DNA of 64,000 nucleotides from an uncultured Thiotrichales bacterium (GTDB lineage Bacteria; Pseudomonadota; Gammaproteobacteria; Francisellales; CACEW01): NCBI GenBank assembly GCA_903870015.1, contig CAIQBE010000022.1, positions 99 to 64,098 of the forward strand, read 5' to 3'. Shown piece by piece: positions 18,963 to 29,055 of this stretch (position 1 is its first letter; each line of letters starts with the position of its first letter). The notes under the pieces were generated by a model. It saw only the letters and a program-made list of their open reading frames with translations, ran no database searches and was not told where the DNA came from. The position numbers and the translations under genes were made by a program.

Positions 18963-19367
18963 CAGTTGAAAGTCAGTATTATAAATTAGTCTTTTTTGAT
19001 AGGCGCTTTTTTGGGCGGTTCTGTGCACTCAGGCAAGTCCTTGCGATTAAAAACAGCGTGTTGTAAGCTGCATTTGGTTTAAAAAACCAAGGGACTCTTA
19101 AAAAGGACATGGGGAAAACTCGGGGTTACTTTTAGATGAAACTTTCTGGGGGCATTATTGGGGGCATCCTTCGTGATATCTCAATAGGCCTCAAGGTAGG
19201 ATAAGGCTTTCAGGTTAAAGTATTGCTCCCTCTCTCATGTTAATTCTACCTTCTGGGCCTCATACCAATGACGACGAAAAAATATGGGGGTATAAATGGT
19301 TGTACACTCCGAAATAATAATTATCATTATGGCTTTAAATAAGGATTTTCAGGCATGAATGTGAGGT

Positions 19368-19387
19368 CAATTCGGGAGCCATTTTAT
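19368..19387 (+). repeat. attR-like direct repeat
   Basis: 'caattcgggagccattttat' is a 20/21 match to the 3' end of tRNA-Asn plus its flank. Confidence 0.75.
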
Positions 19388-19621
19388 CCTAAGGTTATTT
19401 TTGAAGTATAAAATTCTACAAGTTTTCTTTTGATGACAATTTTTTGTTTGCTCCTACCTAAGATGCTGGTTGCTCTCTGTATACTAATCTGCATTAATTC
19501 ATCTAAACAGATCAAATCGCCATGAGAGGTCGGGTTATGCAGCCTATCTTTTATGTTTTTCTTTGCGTGTTACAATAGCGCTATATGTTGATATTATTTG
19601 CTATGGCTTGTTAGGGGGGGT

Positions 19622-22600
19622 ATGGGATCGGGCACTATTGTTAAAAAAGAAGGTCTCTATTATTTTGTTATTAGTCCGGAGATTTGTTATCGTCTTCCTG
19701 ACCAAATTTCTGCGCTTTCTAGTTCTCAGTGTAACGAAATTTTTATTTATTTTGCACGTCAGTATATTGCTGATGAAGGTGATTCGGAAGCCAAGGATAT
19801 TGCGCAGACGGCTTATCCCGATGCAGCGGCAAGGCCTTCTAGCCGAGGAGTTTCAGCTGTGCGTGAATGGAGTCGGGATGACTTTATTAATTTGCTTGGA
19901 TCAGATGAGGCGGGGGAATACTCTTCTGATTCAGACACTGATGATCTAAAAAAAAGGTCTTTTAGTGAAGAGGATATGAAAAGATCCCTAGGCTTTAAAT
20001 TAAGAACAGGGCCTCTTAAACGCGATACTCTTCAAGATCGTATTCAACAAAGCGTGGAATTGAAAACTTTGGAAAAACCTGGTAGAAATGAATATTATTC
20101 CAAGCAAGAAGGCGGTCGCTTGGATTTAAGTTTAAGGGGTGATGATGCGACTTTAGAATTACGTGAGTATCTTCTTCAACTCACTAAAGGAGTACCACCA
20201 ACAGAAATAGATCTATTAAATAAAGCTGTGAGTATCAATAACGACTTAAATCGTCGTAAGTCCATAGATGAGTTTCTAACAATTGAGAGCACTTCGCACG
20301 GCTACATTATTAAAGGACAGCTAAAAAATTATAGTAACAATGAATTTTTTAAAGTTGGCTATAAGCTTAAAAATACCTATTGCCTGCCCATGTTCAGGGG
20401 TATCTCTTATCTTGTTGACCGGTGGAGTCGCCAAGGTAGAAAAACGCACCGGCGATCAAAGCACACTTCTTTTCTTATGCGTTTTTCAGAGGCCATTTTA
20501 AAAATAATCGAAGGTAATTTTTATACTTTAGCCTCTTATGATGGGATTGATAAAGAGGCCTTACAAGAAGTTCGCGACGTTTTAGAAGCAAAGATGATAG
20601 CCTTGCGAGGAACAGAGCCTGAAATTTTTGCACATCTATTACAGGATCCTACTAAGGTAAGTGTTGCCAAAGACAAGCATCCACAAGAGTTTCGCAATAT
20701 ACTAGAACTATTACAATATCTCTTTTCTAATGGGATCGTTAACTTTTTAGCTTTCTTAAAATTGTTTAATGAATCCTGTCCTGGCATATTACCTAACGCT
20801 TATAATCCATTTTTACCTTTTAGTCATTTACCATATCATGCGGTTAAATATGCATTTGGGGACAAGGACCCATATTCTCGATTTGTACTCCCGGTGCTTT
20901 ATGATGGAGGTGGGCGGCCTCGCAAACCTTTTGTAGGAAGATTAATGGTTAATTTGCACCCTTTGTCAGATTTTATTGATATAGATGAGCCTGATGTTGT
21001 TCCCTATTTAGTAAAAGAAGCGGGCGTGTCTGTTGGAAGAGTTATTGGCGCTGAATGGGAAGTATCTTTTTTAGCGGGCCTTCGTGAAGAGCGAAGCATA
21101 AGTCAATATACTGTTCGTTGGCCTTCTTTTACTCATGCAACTTGCCCTAAAGAATATGCTGCGAAGTATGGTTTTGATGAAGGTTTTTACCAGTTTTTCC
21201 GCAAAATGATGACTGCCCCAGAACAGCAAAAAGAAGGATTACGCAATTTAGAAAACTGGTTAAGGTTTTTTTATGCCATCAAAATTAGTGATGATGTTGT
21301 TAAGAGTGCTACAGAAAAAGGCGCTGTCATTCTTTATCGTCATGAGGATGGAACTTTCAATTTGGATTTTCCTGATGAAACAATTGATAACAAAGGATCA
21401 GCGCACCTTAGGTCTGATGTCACAAGTGCGCCGAAGGTACCCATTGTTCGAACGCCAAAGGCGTCCCCATTTCCCGATTCTACTGCAATTTTTTCATCCC
21501 CTTTAAGCACGCCTAGTCCCGCAAGAACTTTATCTGGTAGACGAGCTGAGGCAGTGACATTCAGGGACTTAAGGGCTGGTTCATTAACAAGTCCTTATCC
21601 TAGCTCCATAAAAAGTAATCAGCTTGGCTTTTTGAGTTCAGGTACGATCGAAAAAAGCTCACGAAGCGCTGCTACTTCTTTTGTTGGGCAGGAGATTGAG
21701 ATTGATGTTCCAGGTGATGGCAGTTGTTTATATTACGTGGTAGCACTGAGCATTTTGTTACCTGTGTTGCGAGATGAAGATCGTTTCAATGAGGCCTATG
21801 TTCGTTTGTTTGGTGAGGGAGATGCTGAGGCAGTTAAGCAGTTGAGAGAGGGGCTAGGAGCTTATAATGGTACGCCTGAATTTATTAGTGATCATACAGC
21901 ACTGCTTGAGGTATTGGTTGATACTCATTTTAGAGGAAGAGTAGTCGCGCATATGCGAGCAGATATTCTTCATTACTTAGGTGTTTATAATCAGCATCTT
22001 GCTGTGGGAAGTCCTGAGCTTGATACGGATCGTTTTCATGCCTACTTGGATCGACAAACTCTTGCTAAAAGCTGGGGGGGTAATCCTGAGATCATGGCTA
22101 TGCAAAAGCTACTGGGGATTCGTGTTCAGATACAGGTTGGAGATGATCTACGGCCTCAGAATCTCTTTGAAGGTGTAGAGGGTGCTTTGGTTAAATTAAG
22201 GCACGTAGGTGAACAGGGTAATGAAAATCACTATCACTTTATAATTGGTGCTGAGCATATTCCTGTTTCAGAAAATCTAGGTGAGCAAATACCTTCTAGT
22301 AGTTCTTCCGCGGGAATAGTAGCAACTAGTCCTGTTCGAGAGAGAGGTGGTTCGTTAGATTATGAGCTTCTTTCTGCTGTATTTGATGGGCTTGCAATAA
22401 CTCCTCAACCTAGGGCTGAGGATCAAATAAAATTAAAATTAGATGAACTAACTAAAGCTAATAGAATCTGCTGGCAGGGTGGCGGTGGTGTTGCAGAATA
22501 TAAGCAATCAGAAGATATGATTCAATTATATGATCATCATACGTTGCTCGAGCAAGCCAAACAGATTCTTACCCATTACCAAGCTTATGGGCGCGAATCA

Positions 22601-22789
22601 GAGGTTGCTATATGGAAGGAATTAATTGAAAAATATCACCGAGATGAAGTTAAGCAGGCTGATGATAGCAATGGTTTTGGGGAGGCAGGGCCTTTTGCCG
22701 CAGCTGCAAGCACTGGGGGGTTGACTGTGAGTTCGGATGCCAGCACTCGTTCTGCTGGGTCCATTTTACAGGAAAGCAGCCCTGCATAG
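19622..22789 (+). CDS. Large effector-like protein with OTU-family cysteine protease (deubiquitinase-like) domain
   Basis: Cys loop 'VPGDGSCLYYVVALS' (Cys codon 21725-21727). His loop 'GNENHYHFIIG' (22229-22231). A Ser/Pro-rich linker precedes the domain. The start is ATG 19622 or TTG 19598. Confidence 0.7.
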   Translation: MGSGTIVKKEGLYYFVISPEICYRLPDQISALSSSQCNEIFIYFARQYIADEGDSEAKDIAQTAYPDAAARPSSRGVSAVREWSRDDFINLLGSDEAGEYSSDSDTDDLKKRSFSEEDMKRSLGFKLRTGPLKRDTLQDRIQQSVELKTLEKPGRNEYYSKQEGGRLDLSLRGDDATLELREYLLQLTKGVPPTEIDLLNKAVSINNDLNRRKSIDEFLTIESTSHGYIIKGQLKNYSNNEFFKVGYKLKNTYCLPMFRGISYLVDRWSRQGRKTHRRSKHTSFLMRFSEAILKIIEGNFYTLASYDGIDKEALQEVRDVLEAKMIALRGTEPEIFAHLLQDPTKVSVAKDKHPQEFRNILELLQYLFSNGIVNFLAFLKLFNESCPGILPNAYNPFLPFSHLPYHAVKYAFGDKDPYSRFVLPVLYDGGGRPRKPFVGRLMVNLHPLSDFIDIDEPDVVPYLVKEAGVSVGRVIGAEWEVSFLAGLREERSISQYTVRWPSFTHATCPKEYAAKYGFDEGFYQFFRKMMTAPEQQKEGLRNLENWLRFFYAIKISDDVVKSATEKGAVILYRHEDGTFNLDFPDETIDNKGSAHLRSDVTSAPKVPIVRTPKASPFPDSTAIFSSPLSTPSPARTLSGRRAEAVTFRDLRAGSLTSPYPSSIKSNQLGFLSSGTIEKSSRSAATSFVGQEIEIDVPGDGSCLYYVVALSILLPVLRDEDRFNEAYVRLFGEGDAEAVKQLREGLGAYNGTPEFISDHTALLEVLVDTHFRGRVVAHMRADILHYLGVYNQHLAVGSPELDTDRFHAYLDRQTLAKSWGGNPEIMAMQKLLGIRVQIQVGDDLRPQNLFEGVEGALVKLRHVGEQGNENHYHFIIGAEHIPVSENLGEQIPSSSSSAGIVATSPVRERGGSLDYELLSAVFDGLAITPQPRAEDQIKLKLDELTKANRICWQGGGGVAEYKQSEDMIQLYDHHTLLEQAKQILTHYQAYGRESEVAIWKELIEKYHRDEVKQADDSNGFGEAGPFAAAASTGGLTVSSDASTRSAGSILQESSPA

Positions 22790-22842
22790 GTGGCATTGCT
22801 GTCTGATTTTCTGGTAAATACGGCGCTCACTCTCTGTTTTTA

Positions 22843-24708
22843 TTAACACTCAGGCCTGTAATCAATCGAAGCCGTGGGCTTTTGAGGTGGGCTACTTTTG
22901 AAAAATAGAGTAGCAGCACTCTTGCCAGCTCTTTCTCCCATTTTTGTTCCTAACATTGATGTTAATATCTGTATTGCCATATTAAAATAACCATTATTTA
23001 TTTCTCCTAAGATTAAGGCTGCGGATATCGCTATGCTCAAGTGTCGCGCTGTGTTCGATGATACTACGCCTAGCTTAGTTAGGCATATTAGCCCCATGTG
23101 CAGGAGGGCGGATTCGGGTGAGAACAAAATGCTTAACAGCAAACAATGCATCAGTTCAGTAGCAATTTCAGTATGCTTAGGATGATATCCCGTATAATTA
23201 AAAGTGCTTTGTGTGAAACTAGTTGCGGCACTTGTTAAAAAACTCTTCGCTGTCGTGACTGTATAGCCTGTAAGGATGCGGGTATCTCTTGCGCCGATCT
23301 GAACCACTATTTCTTGTTTGCCAGGGATACTTCTATCCACTTGTAGATATGAGTCCATCAGCATTTTAAATTCAACGCGGTGATCTTTAGGCGCGCAAGT
23401 TGCTAATGGCGAGGCGCCATAAATTTCTTGAGCGCCATTACTAGTTAGCGTTGTGCTGGGTAGCAAATATTGATAAACACCTTCCCAATTAAAGCGACAA
23501 GGGGGTTGTTTAACGCCAGCATATTCTCGAGTATTCATCGTTGTTTCTGCGGCGGCTTCTGCTGTCGAGGAATAAGCAGAGATCAATAATGCCTGCAATG
23601 TTTCAAGATTTGGCAACGCACCTCTCAAAGAAGTATACAGTTTCAGTAATAAGTATAAATAAATAGGAGTCTCAGCCTGTGTACTGCCTGAAGCAAGCGA
23701 TGGGGGTTTTGCCCCATACCCCACTGCATAAGCGGCAGCTCCAGGAAGCGGCCATGATGAACCAAACGAGGCGCTTGATGTTTGATCGCCGGCTGCATTA
23801 ACGCTAATTTCTTGTTGACCCGATTCGAGCGCTGTTTCAACCAGCTTGATGCTCTCAAAAAAATCATTAGCAACACTGATACTCGCTAAGCGTATTCTCA
23901 TTGCATCGATAGGGTTTTTACCGGTCATTAATGTGATGGTGTCATCCGTATGATAATACGTGTCAATATAACGCTGAAGGTCGTTTACCCCCTGTAATAT
24001 TTGCTCGCTGAGGATGGTATGGCCGTCATATTGCTGCTGTAAATTATCTCTAGTAGATTTTAATGATTGAGGCAGGAGCATAGGCTCCATTTCTGCTCTA
24101 GGGGTGGTTTCCAATCGGTCAACTTGATCTTGCAATAAAGATCGCTGGGTTTGAGCAAGGCTAGTTTGAATACTCTTCATCTCTTTTTCTTGTTCGGCGT
24201 GGTACTCTCGAAGTCGTGTTAATAACCTTTTAAACTTCTCTGCTTCACGATGAAAATGCCGAAAATTTAATGTACTGAACGGTTTCGAGGTGGTCGCGTT
24301 TACGCGCTTGAAAAATTCATTAAAAAAGTTTTGATCAGGGATATCCACCACCATGATATGCGCACTAGTCAGCTGCTTCATTACAAATAGAGTGTCGGGA
24401 TCTAAATCTTTATTTTCTTGTGCAATACTGGCTATTTTCATCGCTATTTTATTGGCAGTGAGCTTAGAATCTGAAACCTTGTTTAGAATAAATACAACAT
24501 TCTTCATCAAGTCTTCGGACTGGCCAATAATCTTACCCAATATGTTAAAATTGTCTAAAATATCCTTTCCTCTTCCCCGATAAAGATGATCATATTGACA
24601 CGTTAGGCTAATCAATCGTGAGGTCTTAAATGATCTACTTAGTAACTGGGCGCTGAGGCCTGCCGAAATTTCATAAGCTAAACCTCGGGTATCATAAAAT
24701 CCTGCCAT
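22843..24708 (-). CDS. C-terminal 621 codons of the same giant GTPase gene (downstream frame)
   Basis: It begins 'MAGFYDTRG' (G3, DxxG) and continues to 'FILNKVSD' (G4-like). These complete the G domain whose G1 motif lies in the upstream ORF. The C-terminus has hydrophobic helices. Confidence 0.6.
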   Translation of the reverse strand: MAGFYDTRGLAYEISAGLSAQLLSRSFKTSRLISLTCQYDHLYRGRGKDILDNFNILGKIIGQSEDLMKNVVFILNKVSDSKLTANKIAMKIASIAQENKDLDPDTLFVMKQLTSAHIMVVDIPDQNFFNEFFKRVNATTSKPFSTLNFRHFHREAEKFKRLLTRLREYHAEQEKEMKSIQTSLAQTQRSLLQDQVDRLETTPRAEMEPMLLPQSLKSTRDNLQQQYDGHTILSEQILQGVNDLQRYIDTYYHTDDTITLMTGKNPIDAMRIRLASISVANDFFESIKLVETALESGQQEISVNAAGDQTSSASFGSSWPLPGAAAYAVGYGAKPPSLASGSTQAETPIYLYLLLKLYTSLRGALPNLETLQALLISAYSSTAEAAAETTMNTREYAGVKQPPCRFNWEGVYQYLLPSTTLTSNGAQEIYGASPLATCAPKDHRVEFKMLMDSYLQVDRSIPGKQEIVVQIGARDTRILTGYTVTTAKSFLTSAATSFTQSTFNYTGYHPKHTEIATELMHCLLLSILFSPESALLHMGLICLTKLGVVSSNTARHLSIAISAALILGEINNGYFNMAIQILTSMLGTKMGERAGKSAATLFFKSSPPQKPTASIDYRPEC

Positions 24709-27700
24709 ATCGATAAAGTGGTAGGGGGGCTTGTTAGAATGGTAGGATAAGTTGTTTCAGATTTGCTGGATCTACTGGTAGCGGTTTTCTCTACAGTAGC
24801 ATCCTCTGCTACCAGATAACTATCCCCAGCCTCATTTTCTTGCAAAACATATTTAATCCCCAACAAGGCATTGATCAGTGTGCTTTTTCCAGCCCCCGTT
24901 TTACCAAGAAAAATGATTGCATCTTCAAGCTCTGTGTAGAGGCGCAGGCTCTCGATACTTTCTCGAAGTAGCGCAAGGGTCTTGCCTACTGCAAGCTCAC
25001 CAAGATCAAGGCCCTGCATAAATGAATAAAAATGCAATAGAGCTCTTATTTTATTGGAGACCTCATCCATTTCGGTGTCAGGTAAAATATGTGTCGGGAC
25101 AATTTTTGCATCGTGCTCCAGCAGTAGGGTGATGACATCCACTCGCCTAGTGTGAATAGCAAGGCTTAAGGGCCGTTGAGCGATATTTCCTGTGTTTAGC
25201 GTAGAATCTAAGGCACTCTCATGTTCAAGTCTCGCGAGCTCGGCTTTAATCGCTTCGATCTCAGTATCTGGATCAGCACATAGCCTTTGGATAGCACTTG
25301 GGTCAATACTTAAGTTAAGGCTCACAGGAGGCGCTGCTGTTGTTTGCGGATCAGGCTCGGCATTGTCTAAGTTAATTTGTGTTTCCGCAAGCGTATTGCG
25401 TAAAGCGATAATAGTGGTCAAATCCTGGCTCAATCGATCGAGCATTGTTATGTTTTCTGTACCAAGACGGCGGGTGATGGTTAAAGCGGTATCCAAGGCA
25501 ATGATCGATTGATCAAAGAGCGCTAATTCTTCTTGAAGGCTCTGAGCAAAGCTTTGCAGTTTTTTTGTGGCGGCGATATGATTTTGATTAGGATCAAGGT
25601 GGTCTTTTAAGCTTTGTATACGCTCTTGGACTGATAACATTGCGGTTCTGAGTGGGTGCTGGGTTACGGCAGCTTTCACTTTCGCTCTAAGGTTCTTTGT
25701 CGTAAAATCAACTAAATTATCCCCCAGATACGGCCATAGTTCTTCTTGCCATACTTTGCTTTGGAGTACTCCTGCGGATTTAATCCTTTTCATGCCACTG
25801 ATGACCGAGTCCAGCTCTGAAAATGCCTGCGCATCTCCTGAAGCAGCAAGGCTTTGAATACTAAGCCCTAATTTTTGTAATGCGCGAGGGTTCATCGTGG
25901 GTGAGAACGTAGGATCCAGCAATTGAATAAATGCGATCATTTGCAGATAAGCGCTTTGAATTTTAGCCAGATATGTTTTTAAGTCGGTTTCAGTTCTAGT
26001 GATCTCTGTGACTACTGCTTTACGGCTGGGCACTAAAACGGTGCTATCGATTTCTTGAGAGAAGATTTTATCGAAATTTTTGGCAAAGTCCTCTCTTGCC
26101 TTGAAACGAAAACTCCAGTATCGAGGTGCATCTGTTGCAGTATAGTCATTTATATTTCCCCCCCATCCGTGGTAGCGAGATATTTGCTGAAAAAGACTAC
26201 CTTGAACAAAAGGATAGCTTTGACCCTTGATATCGACGCTAGCAGCGACATAGAGCGCAAAGTCCCAATAATGATTAGCACCACCGACATTATAAAGATT
26301 ATAAAACAAAGAGGGCTTAGCGATGCCGTAGGCTACTGCTGTTGCCAGAGCCGTATTGGATTGAAGCTTACTAAATTCCGCGGCTACCTCGGGTCTACCC
26401 ACCAAAGCATCATATTGGCTTTGAGTCAGGCTCAAGCCTAAATCTCCATCTGGAATAGCACTACCAGGCCTCCCCATATGTTGGACATCTTGAATCATGT
26501 CTGCTTGACGCGTCCCACGTAGGCCAACCCAGGATAGGCTCTGGGTGATTTTTTTTGCTTCTGATGCTGCATCGGCCGATATCTCAAACGCTTTGATATT
26601 GGTTGTCGCATCTTTTGACAAGTCCCAGCGATAAGGAAAGGTAAGTCCTTCTGCTGATTTAGGTTGCTCATCCTTTAGGCGTTTTTTAAGTTGATCGAAT
26701 GGATCTTGATAATTATTAATCAGTTGATCCCATAACGTACTTGAATCTGCTATGGTGCTTAAGAGATCAAGTACATTCGTGGCCATCAAATTCACTGCGT
26801 CTATCTGTTTGCGATACCCCTCAATGGTATTCGCATCAGAGTTTAAGATGCTATTCGCACTCAGTCGCAATAAGCGAGCATAGACATCAAAAACAGCCAA
26901 CCAACCTTTGGGGTTAATCATTTTTGTAGAGGAATGTTGCGTAAAACTTGCAGGATCGAGCTCTTGTGCTAAGTTTAAAAATAGTCCAAGGGGAATATTA
27001 GCGGCAGCCTTATATTCTGGCGATAAGGCAAGATCAAGTGAGCGAATTAATCCGGCCGTATCTGTATCAAGCTTTCCTTGAATACGTTTTATACCCCCAT
27101 TATCTAGTGTCGCCGTATCCGTCAGCCACGCATTTAAGACCGCACTCCAATGACTTAATTTGTCGGGCACAGCCATAAGAGATGTCGTTTGAATTTCAGA
27201 CATAACTACTTTTGCATCTTGACCAGCGATATGATCCAAATAAGAAACAATGTCTGTTTGTAGCGTTTGTAATTGTTGGGTGATGCCAGCTGTGCTTGTT
27301 TCTATTTGAGCATGCAGCTCATCATAACTATATTTCATAGCTTGCATGGTTAATTTAAAACGTTCTTGGTTTTGGGCCTCCATTGCATTAAGCTTACTAT
27401 CGATCGCCTCAAGCATTTGCCACGTCACCTGAAAGCTTTCTCTCATCTCAGACCACATTCCCATTATCGCGCTATGTATTTCGGCCAAGGCCTCGCCGAT
27501 CCCATCATTTGATCCGCCAAATAGGGATGAGACCATTGAAATGGCTCCCAGTACTAACCCTGCTCCGTTGAGGCAGCCGGTTAGGGTTCCTAAAGAAAGC
27601 CCACCCCCCAGTGCGCTTGGGGCATTGATTAGGGCAATCGATTTATCCAGTTCTTTTATGCCGGAAAATGCCTGGGTGAGCGCTGAAATTCCCATGGCCG

Positions 27701-28727
27701 TTTGTGCTAATTCTTTGCTTTTGCTTAACTGTGCAACCTGTGATAAAAAGATGCTCGCTGCTGTTCCGGCCTGAACTAGAGATTTGAATTGAGCCTCAGA
27801 TTGGAGATGCTTGCTTAACTCCTTCTGAAAGGTAAGAAATGCTTTAGGGCGATTATCTGACTTTTGGTAGGTTTGGTATAAGGCAATGACTGTAGGATCG
27901 TCTGGAAAATGAGCGCTCATTTCCTCGATCGTTCCATCGAGTAAATCAGCCTCGCTGCTCTTTACTTGCGAAATTTGCGAAGTAGAACCTGTCCTTTCTT
28001 TAACAAACGTTGTTGCTCTAGTTTGTGCATTAATCACTCTTTTTTTTTCTGGTGTTGGTGTTTCACCAGGTGTGATGCTATGCGCTTCATTGGGCCTTAA
28101 TGATACTTCCCAGTTCGCAAAACTTAGGCTCTGTTCTTTGCCAACACCAGGCTTGTCGCCTTTTTGAGATTTAATTGCACTAAGCTTACCGCCAATACCC
28201 AGTCCGCGTTTTAATTTAAAGTCCAGCTCTCCCATTGGGGTTATCAGCGTCAAGCGCATTGCACCAAACTGTGCACCAGCTTTGGCGCCAATGCTTGATT
28301 GACCTAAGTTTGCTCCTACTGAAATACTCGGCCCCTCTATTGCCATTTCTTTAATAGTCACACTGTTAAGGTCACAACCTATATTTGCTAAAGTAGTTGT
28401 TAGGCTGTCGACAAACTCTGGACTGACGCCTTCTGCTTTTGCATAAGCGCTCAATTTTTGATTGATCACTAAAGGCGCTGGATGCGTGCCTGCGATATCC
28501 GCCGAAAAGGCAAAGCTAGAAGGATTAATATTCAGTTTTACTTTGCCGAATTGATATTCTCCCACTGCCAAATTAAATTCATAATTTCTAAAAAAGGATT
28601 TAACGCTCGATCCAGTTTTAACATCTGCACCGTATTGGCCTTTAGTATTACGCTCCCTACCATCGCCAAATGTTTTTGTACTACGTGTGCTGCCAAATTC
28701 GCCTGAAAATCCACCTGCCATATTCAT
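24678..28727 (-). CDS. N-terminal 1,349 codons of a giant P-loop GTPase-containing protein (frame interrupted near its 3' end)
   Basis: A Gly-rich, beta-rich N-terminal ~220 aa is followed by a long helical region and an ankyrin-like repeat 'RPLSLAIHTRRVDVITLLLEHDAKI'. The Walker A/G1 motif 'GKTGAGKSTLINALLG' lies 60 codons before the stop. Confidence 0.65.
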   Translation of the reverse strand: MNMAGGFSGEFGSTRSTKTFGDGRERNTKGQYGADVKTGSSVKSFFRNYEFNLAVGEYQFGKVKLNINPSSFAFSADIAGTHPAPLVINQKLSAYAKAEGVSPEFVDSLTTTLANIGCDLNSVTIKEMAIEGPSISVGANLGQSSIGAKAGAQFGAMRLTLITPMGELDFKLKRGLGIGGKLSAIKSQKGDKPGVGKEQSLSFANWEVSLRPNEAHSITPGETPTPEKKRVINAQTRATTFVKERTGSTSQISQVKSSEADLLDGTIEEMSAHFPDDPTVIALYQTYQKSDNRPKAFLTFQKELSKHLQSEAQFKSLVQAGTAASIFLSQVAQLSKSKELAQTAMGISALTQAFSGIKELDKSIALINAPSALGGGLSLGTLTGCLNGAGLVLGAISMVSSLFGGSNDGIGEALAEIHSAIMGMWSEMRESFQVTWQMLEAIDSKLNAMEAQNQERFKLTMQAMKYSYDELHAQIETSTAGITQQLQTLQTDIVSYLDHIAGQDAKVVMSEIQTTSLMAVPDKLSHWSAVLNAWLTDTATLDNGGIKRIQGKLDTDTAGLIRSLDLALSPEYKAAANIPLGLFLNLAQELDPASFTQHSSTKMINPKGWLAVFDVYARLLRLSANSILNSDANTIEGYRKQIDAVNLMATNVLDLLSTIADSSTLWDQLINNYQDPFDQLKKRLKDEQPKSAEGLTFPYRWDLSKDATTNIKAFEISADAASEAKKITQSLSWVGLRGTRQADMIQDVQHMGRPGSAIPDGDLGLSLTQSQYDALVGRPEVAAEFSKLQSNTALATAVAYGIAKPSLFYNLYNVGGANHYWDFALYVAASVDIKGQSYPFVQGSLFQQISRYHGWGGNINDYTATDAPRYWSFRFKAREDFAKNFDKIFSQEIDSTVLVPSRKAVVTEITRTETDLKTYLAKIQSAYLQMIAFIQLLDPTFSPTMNPRALQKLGLSIQSLAASGDAQAFSELDSVISGMKRIKSAGVLQSKVWQEELWPYLGDNLVDFTTKNLRAKVKAAVTQHPLRTAMLSVQERIQSLKDHLDPNQNHIAATKKLQSFAQSLQEELALFDQSIIALDTALTITRRLGTENITMLDRLSQDLTTIIALRNTLAETQINLDNAEPDPQTTAAPPVSLNLSIDPSAIQRLCADPDTEIEAIKAELARLEHESALDSTLNTGNIAQRPLSLAIHTRRVDVITLLLEHDAKIVPTHILPDTEMDEVSNKIRALLHFYSFMQGLDLGELAVGKTLALLRESIESLRLYTELEDAIIFLGKTGAGKSTLINALLGIKYVLQENEAGDSYLVAEDATVEKTATSRSSKSETTYPTILTSPPTTLSIWQDFMIPEV

Positions 28728-29055
28728 TCCTTTAAAAGTTATTTTTACGTATATTTGGTGCCTGTCCTATCAAATATAATCAAAGCGTTACAATTAACGT
28801 GTGGCAAAAATCCACTTGCCGGCACGCGATGGGTGAGAAAAGAGGTGCAAAATTATGTTAACACGGTGCAAATTAGGTTTCCAATGCGAGAGTGATAAAG
28901 TGAATCAAACCTAGGATCATTCGCTACGCTCTCATGTCGCTAATTTTTTAGTGAAATCAAAATGATAAGGCCTGCGTTTTTAGTGGATGGCAAAAAAAAA
29001 TAGTTTCGTGATATGATAATCCTACAACTTCTATTTTCACTGAGGGGCTGATTGT

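Larger units (their letters stand above)
9394..19387. mobile_element. About 10-kb tRNA-Asn-integrated genomic island (degenerate integrative element)
   Basis: A P4-type integrase lies directly 3' of the tRNA. A 20/21-bp direct repeat of the tRNA 3' end marks the far side. ArdA is present, and the rest of the cargo is orphan effector-like genes. Confidence 0.7.

Noticed and set aside
25192..26441. Antisense ORFs (25192-25512, 26055-26441) inside the giant GTPase gene
   Set aside because: They are fully embedded in a 4-kb ORF on the other strand. They have no motifs and no translation signals.
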